From assembly GCA_050575255.1 (NCBI GenBank), contig JBNZDD010013652.1, positions 2,389,080 to 2,453,079 on the forward strand: a DNA stretch of 64,000 nt. The letters run 5' to 3'. The notes under the pieces are model-generated. The model was not told the DNA's origin and searched no databases. It worked only from the letters and a program-made list of their open reading frames with translations. Within the stretch, counting starts at the first letter, position 1; each line of letters starts with the position of its first letter. Shown here in pieces: positions 53,963 through 64,000 of this stretch. The stretch comes from Harriotta raleighana. Its lineage: Eukaryota. A program made the position numbers and the translations under genes.

Positions 53963-54259
53963 TGTCTCCTCATATCACCCAACAAGCAATGTAATAACAA
54001 TATTCTGTTGGACCCATACAAACAAATAAGAATAATTCTTACATTTGGCATTTTGTCCAAAGTATCAAAATGCCTCAGACAATTTCGCAGTGATTGATGT
54101 CATTTGCAAATGTCAAGGCTCACAAAAGCTATCTATCTGGATGTCGACCTGAAAAGCAAGACAGGACATGCGTTTGATATTTCATTAGAAGGACAGCACC
54201 ACAAGAAACACATCACTCCCCTGTTAATGCACTGAAATGCTATACAAGGATTATGTCCA

Positions 54260-54490
54260 TAGATCAGTGGATAGAGCACTCACCGTACAAGCGAGAGACC
54301 TGGGTTCAATTCCAGGCTGGGTGAAAACTTGAGCAAGTTTCATTACTCCACACGGCTAATAATAATCCCCCCCCAAAAATGGTGATTTAAATCCACAAAT
54401 GTTTGTGTCACACTGCTGTGTGCAATTGGCTGCTGAGTTTCGCCCACATATACAAAGTGTATATTTTACAGTATATTCTGTGAAGCGCTT
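54260..54490 (+). mobile_element. tRNA-derived SINE whose tail continues at ~55404-55475 after an L2 insertion
   Basis: Head agatcagtggatagagcac...ggttcaattcc. The body stops at gtgaagcgctt and resumes at tctggaagatgtggaaagtgctatatcaaatacaagg. Confidence 0.85.
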
Positions 54491-54494
54491 TAAG

Positions 54495-55403
54495 GGCTTT
54501 CTCAGCCTCCTTGTCCTTCTCGACCTCTCCTGCCTTTGACACTGTCGACCACTCCATCCTCCTATACACCTCTCCACCCAGTTCAATCTTGATGGATCTG
54601 CCCTTGCCTGGTTCAATTCCTACCTTTCTTATCATCTTCACTTTGTTGCCACCAACAGCTTCTCTTCGAGTCCCCGCATACCCCAGGACTCACACATTCA
54701 GCACTGGCAACATCAATCTACATCATTGCAAACTTTAGCCTCACCAAGCCATTCAGGAACCTAGGTATATTATTCGATCCTCAACTGTCTTTCCTCTCCC
54801 GTATCCAAGCAATGGCCTACTCTGCCTTCCCTTATCTCCACAATATTGCCCGATTCTGCCATTACTTCACCCTCCAGCCCACTGAAACCCTCATTCATGC
54901 CTTCATCACATCCTGGCTTGTCTACAGCAATGGCCTGCTTGTCGGCCTTCCCAACTCCTCCCTCCAAAGGTTGCCGATAATCCACAACTCTGTGGCCTGT
55001 GTCCACTACCGCTCCAAGCTTCATGATCCCATCTCCCCAATCCTCGCCTGACTCCATTGGCTCCCCATCACCAAAAGGATCCAATTCAATATCCCGATGC
55101 TCACATACAAAGCCCTCCATGGCCTCGCTCCACCCTATCTCTGCAACCTTCTAACCCCCTACCAACCTGCCCACTCCCTCCTCTCAGCAGGCTGCTCCAT
55201 GTCCCTCAATCCATCCACCCTACCATTGGTGGGCGAGCCTTCAGCCACTCTGCCCCCAACCTCTGGAACTTCATTCCACAGTCCCTCCACCTTATCCCCT
55301 CTCTGGCCTCCTTCAAGTCCCCCCTCAAGACCCTCCTCTTCGATAGGCCCATCATTCGATGTGAAAGGCCCTATACAAGTGTAATTTTGTTGTGTTGTTG
55401 TTG
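54495..55403 (+). mobile_element. L2 LINE fragment with internal deletions
   Basis: [26 protein letters not shown]...ETLIHAFITSWLVYSNGLLVGLP, LTYKALHGLAPPYL, and a (TTG)n tail. Confidence 0.9.
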
Positions 55404-56961
55404 TCTGGAAGATGTGGAAAGTGCTATATCAAATACAAGGATGATTCTTACTATTACTATTATTATTATTATTTATGTGTCAAGTTCAAGGTGAAGATTG
55501 AACCCACAACCCGAAACCGTCCGCCTCAAAAGAGGGTCAGCCAAAATAGTATCAGTACAGATTTCGCTGATCTTAGCCCTGGTGATTCTCACAGTGAGTT
55601 TCTGATATTGACCCACACTGTCCTTTAGAATACTGGCAGGGAACGATTTTGATCCATCCATTTAGTTGCTCTCAGGATAGGGAGTAAAGGACTAAGATTG
55701 TGAAACAATCTATAAAAAATAATAATATTCCTTGGATAGGATATAGCAGCTTTCTTATCAGGATAATATTTGAAGTGCTGTACTGTACTTCATATTGTAA
55801 AACACAACCATTGCACTGCCATGTAAGCCTAGACTAAGTGAGTTCAACATCCCAAATGGACTTGAACTCACAATCATCTTGCGAGAGTACTAGCAGGAGT
55901 ACTAGCAACTGAGCCAGCCTGACACACAACAAATCTGTCACTTCACTTTCATTGTCTCCATGCAGTTTTACAACAGAGGGATCTGTCACTGTCTTTGATT
56001 GTATACTGGAGTGAGTTACTCTTCCCTTTCACCCACTGAATTAAAATGGGAGTAGAATCCCATCCCTAAATTTCTAGTTTTCAAGCCTTGAATTCACAGT
56101 GACAGGAGCATTTAACGTATCTTGTTATTTGTCTTCTCTCCTCCCTCTTCCCGAATTTGATCAGATTCCAGGGCACTGTGAGCAGTCAAGCCGGTAAATG
56201 ATAATCTATTAATTTACTGCAGTAAACGCTCACATCAGAGTCAAATTGTCTCTAATGACCATGGAATGAAATGCTGCTGTTATTCAATAACATTTCCCTA
56301 TCCTGGTGGGAGAAAAATGGTTGTTTTATGGTACGAAATTGGTGACAACAATTCGCTCAAGTATATTGAAATGATTTCGAATTTTAGATTAATTCTGTTC
56401 ATTAAGGGAATTAATATCTATTTCAGGTGCAATGTGGAGTATTTCTGTAGTGTGTCCCCCAAAATAATTGGGGGCAGAACTGTTCGGGCAGTTGATGTAA
56501 GACAACTGACAAGTGTTATTACTTTCAGTAAGTGAAAGGCTATATTGGAGTACAGAACTGTACTGATATTTTGTGAAAACACAATTTGTGCAATAACCCA
56601 AACTGTGTGGCTTACATCAGTTACTGTACTTTCCATTTGTATCTATTTTACATCACCAATTTCTGAGAGTGAAAACTAGGATTCTCTGGGAAAAAGTATA
56701 CAAACATTTTTTTTCTGGGGGAAGAACTCATTCTTTAAATCAGCGAGAATATTGAGTATTAAGGCCATTTTGAATTGATTTGGTGGTTTTGGTGCAGGGA
56801 AGCCTTTTAAATTGGAAATACAACTGATGTATGAACAGATTCTTTTCCTTTCAAACCCAATTATTAGTTAAGAGACTCTCCAGTAAATTTCAGGAAGAAT
56901 GGCATTTCTTGGAATGGGAAACCCATAGCAGGATCAAGACAGAGAAGGAAGAAATTGTTGC

Positions 56962-57545
56962 AAAACAACAAACATTTTACATTTACACTGTACAGTGTAT
57001 AGAACTTGTCATATTGGGGAGAACATCTCAAAATGCTTCACATCTGACAGAAGCCTGAGCTGAGGGGAGGGGGAGGCGGGAGAAGGAAGTTGAATGCACA
57101 TCCAAACGATAGATCTTAAGTGGGTTTTGAAGGCAGGGAGAGTGGCCTCTGTGATGGAGTTAGAGACAGGAGGGGCAAAATGGCACATACTGTAGCAAAT
57201 CCGCTGTTGAAGGGGTAGATCAAGCAGGTCATACAAAGCAGGTTAGTGTTTCCTGAGTGGAAAGAACGACAGGGAAGGTTGGGGAGCAGGGATCGCAGAG
57301 ATATGGTGAGGCGATGTTGTTTGAAAGTGAGAATATATACCTTTAATTCAAACCACTGGGGGAATGGGAAGCTGAGAAGAATAGGGGCAGTNAGATATGG
57401 TGAGGCGATGTTGTTTGAAAGTGAGAATATATACCTTTAATTTAAACCACTGGGAAGCTGAGAAGAATAGGGGCAGCGGGTTCACAGAGTCTGGTGTAGG
57501 AGAGGACATAGGCTGCAGAGTTCTGTTTGGTATGCAGCTAGTGTA
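56962..57545 (-). mobile_element. L2 3' fragment, diverged
   Basis: LPAFKTHLRS on the minus strand and a caacaaac tail. Confidence 0.7.
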
Positions 57546-60482
57546 GAACAGGTCTGCTTATTGCCAGTTGTGTCTAATTTGCAGTATTTCTTAAGGTAAT
57601 TCCTTAATAAAGTTCACATAATTGGCTGACACTGCAATACATTATTGAGGGCGCACTGCACTGTCAGAGGTGATATCCTTCGAATCAGATGTCAAACCTA
57701 GTTTCCATCTTCCCGATCAAGTGGAGATTAAAGATTCCATTTGATTAGAAAAATTGAGATTCAAAGCATGGTTGGTTTAGTAGACTTAACCTGATAGAAA
57801 CTTGCTGTGTAATTGAAAGTAGCAAAATGTAATCCAGTAGAATTACAGTATGTGCTTAAATTCCACCTTCTAACAGAAGTACTCTCTGAAACGGGTAGCT
57901 TTGAAGCAGTCTATTGAAGGCATTGTACAGTACAGTAGCTAAAATAATTACAACAACAACAATGTTGATTTATGTAGTGCCCTGCACTCCAAACGGCTTC
58001 TCAATTAACATTGTTTCCAGGTATTGGTATTGAAATAATTGAGTACAACATGACAGCATTTAAAAAGCAACTTGATGCTATGATGAAAGAACGGTAGGGC
58101 GGGTGTTCTGGAGGGATGAAATCAAATGGGCCGAAGGAGCTTCTTCATCCAAACCAATCTTGTGAAAAGAGGTTAGGTGGTGGGAGGGAGAAAATTAAGG
58201 ACAAAGTTCATATCATTATAAGCAAATTTGAAGGCAGGGAGAGAAGCCACAAGTTGAGGGACTATTGGGAGAAGATTCAAGAGAGCATAAGTATATAAAG
58301 TGCCTGAAGGCTCAGCCAACAGATGGTAAGTCAAATTGGAAGTGAGGAAGCAGAAGCCCAGAGTCAGAAATGTGTTGAAAAAAGTGAAGAGCCACCTCAA
58401 AACCTAATAAACCTGACCAATATTCTTTTCTGATGTTCAACTTGTACTTAAGTAAAGAAATCAGATTTCCGATTAACCTTGCAGATCTCTCTTCCTCCCA
58501 CCAATTAGCACGAATTGTGGACAAGATTCAGTGCTGCATAATGTGACTAAATGAGCATACAATCGGATGCTTGTTGCTATGGTATCTTTGTATTCGGAGA
58601 CTAAAGTTACACAGACGGCACAGAATAAAAGTAATTTACACTGTAATGGTTTATTAATTCTGCAAATACAGTATAAATGCTCAATCACGGTTCAGTTTGA
58701 TTATGGTAGCTTCACAGAACAAAAACCCAATCGGCTCACAAATGGGCACATTTATGGGGTGGAAATAGTGTTTTCAAATTATTTCATGGAATTACATTTG
58801 AATAGAACCAAGGAATCCCACTCCACCGAAAAATGTCTTTGTAGTTTTAATTAAGGGAGCTTTCTTTCCAAGGCATTGTTCGGAACTGTTAATCAAAGTA
58901 GGGTTAGAGAGTCTAAAATGCCCCGTGCAGTTTATTTGCCAACAAAATACAGTTGCTGCATTTTAACAGGATATCCTGTGAAGCAGTCCGAGACATCCGT
59001 TAATGTGAAGAATTATTATTACAAGGCTGGAATGGGTGAGATATTTATCTGTTATTCTCATTTGATTGTTGTTAGATGGCCAGAGTTCAGACTGATGGGG
59101 CTACCCTCATATGTTGGTAAAGGAGGACCAAGTGATATTCAGATACCGGCCTGCTGCATAGACTGAGATTTTGCTTTACAGCAAAGGACATGGGGTTTAG
59201 CCTAAAGCATTTACGCCAAACTGATACATATATTTTCCTTTACAGCCATTAGCTAATTCCAAAAGCCAAGAGTCAGCTGTTTATGTTCATACATGAAGAG
59301 AGTGAATGATTGGGCACTACGTACACCTTGCTCTATCCTGAGGTACCAAGTCTGATAGTTCAACTGGTCAGATTGGTTCCATCTGAATCTGACTTTAGTT
59401 CCATGTCAGTGTGAACTTTCTGTGAACTTTGCACTCTGGTAACCAATGCTGACTTGATGGAAAGCTTCCTCTGGGGTAAATTTCACGCTGAAACTGATTG
59501 TGATATCTTGAATGATGGTAAACCAATGGCAGAGTCACTGCCAGATAAACCCTCCCACGCCGTTATTTCTCGCAGGTTCAATGTCAGCAAACCTGACATT
59601 TGATGCCAGCAAACAGAATTCTGCAGTCTGCAGAATAAAAAATCTTGTGTCTGAGGATAGACTCTGCTGAGAGCCAACACCAACATCAATCCAACAGTCC
59701 TTTCTTGAAGTGCCAGTTTCTGTGAGAAGTAAGGAGTACACATACACTGAATATCATCTCTGGAGCCAGGGTTTACATCCATTACCAACAATAGCTGGTG
59801 TTTACATATCACCTCCTGTGTCAAACTCCTTGACAATATGACATTTTAAGGATGCTGACCAAAGACACAGCAGAGGAGATACATGTTTAGGAGTCGTTTC
59901 TCAAGAGAAGAAGCAAGGCAATACGGTTTTGGTAACGAATGCAGAAGACAGGCGTGAATGGTCACGGAATGGCTCAAATCATCATTGGATTAAATTGGTG
60001 ATGTAGATATAGCCTTAGATCCAAAGAAATGTGACACAGAAAGAGATTATTTGGCCTAATTCATCTTGATGGTGTTTGCTCTTCCAAGAAGGCATCCATC
60101 TTTTAAGTCAATTACCATTCCTTTTCCTTTTTCTCTAATACCCATGTTTCTACATGTGATGGCCTAATTCTCATTTAAATGCTCCTAAAGCAACTCTGAT
60201 CTAATAGCCACTCTTGGCAAATAATTCTATACCATAACAACCCTGTTGGAGATTAAGTGCTTTTGAAACTCTCCCTATTCGACCCACAAACTTGAATTCA
60301 TGCCATCCTTCCCTCAAAATAAATAATTGTTCATGTTCAATTCTTTCTGACTATAAGGCTGGGGAAGAAGGAACAGGTAAGTTAGGGCAAGACCATGGAA
60401 GGATTTGGAGACCCAAGTCAAGGATCATAAACTAATTTTGATCAAGTTGGGGTTGATGAATGTATGGAGCTTTGTTATGAGC

Positions 60483-60898
60483 CTATCATTACTAACTTCG
60501 CTCAGCTCCACTGGCTTCCCATCCTCCAGCAGATTGAATTTAAGATCCTCGTTCTGATATTTCGAATCACTCTATGGTTTTTCCCCAAACTACCTCTGCA
60601 ACCTCCTTCAACCATATCAATCCAGCCACTCCCTTCACTCAGTGAGGACTGGCCTACTCCATGTACCACAATAAATAGGAAAGCTTTCTGCCCTAATTTC
60701 TGGAATTCCATCCCAGAGTCCCTTTCACACACTCTCATACTCAACATTTTTTTCTAAAAGAAATACCTTTTGACCGTGCCTTTCAGTCATCTTTCCCATC
60801 CCCCACTCAAATCAGGCTCCACCCTGAGCATGGGTATCCAGCTAGTATTGCCAAGTAATTTGTGCCATCTCTCAACATGAAAGTCGCTTTATAAGTGG
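60483..60898 (+). mobile_element. L2 3' fragment
   Basis: PIITNFAQLHWLPILQQIEFKILVLIFR...FWNSIPESL. Confidence 0.8.
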
Positions 60899-60905
60899 AG
60901 TACTA

Positions 60906-61212
60906 TAGCTCAGTGGTTAGAGCACTCGCTTTAAAGCAATGAGATCTGTGTTCAAATCCAGGCAGCTCCGGGTGAAACCTTGGGCAAATTTCCTTATTCC
61001 GCACACCTAATAATAATCCCTCCAAAAAATTTTTTTTAAATTGGTAATTTCAAACCATGACTGCTTGTGGGACACTGCTGTGTTCAATTGGGTGCTGCAT
61101 TTTGCCCACATATCTACAGTCAATTCACTATACAGTATATTCTGTGAAGCGCTTCGAGACATCTAGAAGATGTGAAAAGCACTACATCAAATACAAGGAT
61201 TATGATTATTAT
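60906..61212 (+). mobile_element. tRNA-derived SINE, full length
   Basis: A box tagctcagtgg, B box gttcaaatcc, body ending gtgaagcgcttcgagacatctagaagatgtgaaaagcactacatcaaatacaagg, and an (ATT)n-like tail. Confidence 0.9.
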
Positions 61213-62054
61213 AAATTGTATGTGTGGGAGAGAATCTAGGCTGCATTTCTGGGTCACTCAAAGCTTCAGGAAAGTGGCTTGGGAGACTGGCCAGGGGAGC
61301 ACTGATAAATCTATGCTTGAGGTAACAAATCATAGATAAGCATTAAAGCAACAGTGAAGATGAGGTAAGGAAATTCTGTTGGTGAAGTGAAAGAAGGAAG
61401 CTTTTCAGTAAACCCATCGAAAGACTCTCAATCTGGATCTCAGTGGTCAAGAATTGTTAAAGGAATAAAACTGCACCATATTTGATAGACCCCGTAGCAC
61501 ATGCATAATGTCAGGCAGAAATGTCACAGTAGCTGTGCTGTGGCTCATGTCAGAGTAAGGTTAGATTGCATGCCACCAGAGACCGATTTTATAAGGGAGT
61601 TTTGATGCTGGCATAAACATTATACAGTTTTTCTTTTTTTAATACATTTTATAAAAGTATAATTATTGTTTTGCTGAATCATCTTCACATCACTGTGATG
61701 ACAACAACAACTTCCTTTGATACAGCTTCCCTCACTTGATAGAGTCCCAGAGCACTTGATGGTGACCACAAGAGCAGTCAAACAGAAAGGTCCTCAGGCA
61801 TGACTTGAAGAAGGGGAAGGAGGGAGCAAGCGGAGGGATTGAGGGAGAGTGTTCCTGAGTTTTGTGGCGTAATATAAATTGAAGTTGTTGTAATGACTGA
61901 AAGCACAGAGAGTGGCGAGTTTCCCCAATATCAATCTAGGTAGCTCAGCAAAACTGCCATCTCTGAGAGACCTTTGCATTCCCATCACAAATCAAAGTTC
62001 CAGTTTTGGGAATTCAGCCACAGGACTACGTTTGGAAACTCGACAGATAGAAAA

Positions 62055-62432
62055 AGATATAATCTTTGCATTTTTCACATCAGGAGGATGTTTCAAAACG
62101 TTTAATAGGACTTACTGTGAAATGCAGTGCCTGTGTCTTGAAGGTAAACTGGGCAGCAAATTTGCACATAGTAATGTAGTAATGTCCCATAAACAGCCCT
62201 GAAGCAAATACCAAATTGTATGTGGGGATTGTCCGAAATCCTGGGAGAAACTCCCTTCCATAACAAATCAGACCATGGGATCTTTAACATCAGGCAGACG
62301 GTTTAATGTTCTTATCCAACAGTATCTTTCTCTTGCTCTAGAGTGCAAGCCTAGAGAATGAATTCAGAATCCCAGACACAAGTTTAAACTCACAAACTAT
62401 TGACTCTGAGATGAGAGTGCAACTAATCTGAT
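62055..62432 (-). mobile_element. Deu-domain SINE
   Basis: ccatgggatctttaacatc...gactctgagatgagagtgc on the + strand. Confidence 0.7.
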
Positions 62433-64000
62433 ACCTAACCAAAGAATTGAGGGAGCTCTCTGGGATCATAACATTTTGTGACACTGCCCATTAACACTCA
62501 AAAACATTAACCATATCACTCTAAACATAACAGTCTAATTATTGCAGCATCCCTTATGGAAGTAATTATTGTCCGTTTGACAACAATGGACTCAGCTATT
62601 TCATTGCACTTAAGAAGTATGATCTGCCTGATTCTACTGTCTTAAAAGGAATATTTTACTTTTGTAGTTCTCAAGGACATGATATGCAGTTGTTAAATTT
62701 AGAGAGAATGTGACAGCAGCAGGTAGCGGTATCTATGCAATCTGACAACCTTACTCACACAACCAAGGTTAATCTGTGTAGTTGGGTTCTGTTCTCCAGG
62801 GAGCTGAAGTTATCACCTTACAGACAGGTGTAAGAGGAAGACGTGGATGAATCACTGTATTAATGAGGAACAAAATCTGAATGGCACAAAAGGTGTCAGC
62901 AGCTCGTGGCTGTCTGGTTGCTCAACTGATATTTATCATTGGGCATTTAGGTGGGCAGTCCATACACACAAGCTAAAGCTACCCTTTCCACTCTGAATCA
63001 AGCTTGGTTAGATCAATAGTTGGGTTATCTGGTTCAAATCCCAGAATGGCATCCCAGATTGTAACCGTGACTTTCTATTAAGTGACGGGAAAATATTTCC
63101 TGAATTACTTTGTAGCATGAATTTAAGCAACCATCATTTATGATTTATAATCCTTGATACATTTTCTGTATCATTTGAATCCAAGACAGCTGGCAGCTTC
63201 AGGGAATTGCAAACTCCCTAATATTAAAATTTCACATGATTCAGCATTGCAATGTAAAATACAGATTAGAGTAATAATGTCAGTCTGTTGCTAAGAATAG
63301 CTTTATGAGTGTCCCTTGAAAGAATTCAAATAAAGTTTTTAAAAACTTACTTCTGCTCTATCGTTCAATTAAAGAAAATTTACAACGTAAATCTCCTATA
63401 GTACATTGTACCAGGTGCTCTATCTGCCTTACTGTAATTTTTCTGCTTTGAAATGATTGATTGTATTATTGTGCATCCCATTTAAACAGATCAGCTTATT
63501 TGTTATAATAATATGTTTTGCATTTGACATAGCGCCCATAACATTAATACATCTCAAAGCATTCTGTAGAGTGTCGTGACTATGTATTTGCAGCATGATA
63601 TGAATAATCAGTTGTATTTGGAGTTTCAAGGACAGGGGACTGGAGAAACTAGCTCAACTTTTTGAATAGTGTCGTGGGACTTTCAGTGTCCACTAGAAAT
63701 AGCCAGGCAGGATCTGGTTTGAATGAAAAGGTTACATTTTTATTTGAGATCCAGATGCAGATAATACAGTTATATATTTTTAAAATCCTTGCAATTGATA
63801 TACAGCCTTATCACATTTTTGAAGCTATATTGTTTTCAATTAAATGTTTTCAAAGCTTTCCGCAGGATTTACTATAGAGANGTTACATTTTTATTTGAGA
63901 TCCAGATGCAGATAATACAGTTATATATTTTAAAAATCCTTGCAATTGATATACAGCCTTATCACATTTTTGAAGCTATTTTTTTTCAATTAAATGTTTT

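Noticed and set aside
60906-60975. tRNA genes (also ~39310-39378, ~54260-54325, ~47420-47482)
   Set aside because: The A and B boxes run directly into a shared SINE body and tail; these are SINE heads.
32072-64000. Further TENM3 coding exons
   Set aside because: I found no teneurin-like peptide. The following intron is very large in other vertebrates, so the next exon probably lies beyond the window; small or non-coding exons cannot be excluded.
1-64000. CRISPR arrays, rRNA or prokaryotic systems
   Set aside because: No repeat-spacer arrays, rRNA motifs or operon-like ORF density; the window is vertebrate gene and intron DNA.

Overview
Vertebrate genomic DNA, most likely a cartilaginous fish (inferred from the SINE, L2, CR1 and hairpin repeat families). 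The only host gene I can support is the 5' part of teneurin-3 (TENM3) on the + strand. It has a first coding exon (10494-10799, ATG at 10571) and a second coding exon (31790-32071), joined in phase 1 by canonical GT-AG sites. The rest of the window is intron or upstream sequence rich in tRNA-derived SINEs, Deu-domain SINEs, L2 and CR1 LINE fragments, two Tigger-type MITEs and palindromic Penelope-like hairpins with hammerhead-ribozyme-like cores. A ~6.5 kb block containing the first coding exon appears twice (6959-~13470 and 13923-20573). It is bounded by Ns and sits inside a split repeat, so it is most probably a haplotype/assembly duplication. Several shorter N-linked duplications point to the same assembly problem. 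Nearly all ORFs in the supplied track are spurious or repeat-derived. I see no convincing new multi-gene system. The best leads are the hammerhead-bearing hairpins, a probably polymorphic young L2 insertion, two uORFs next to the TENM3 start codon and recurrent nesting of L2 into SINE tails. Repeat family names are from memory of consensus sequences and repeat boundaries are approximate.
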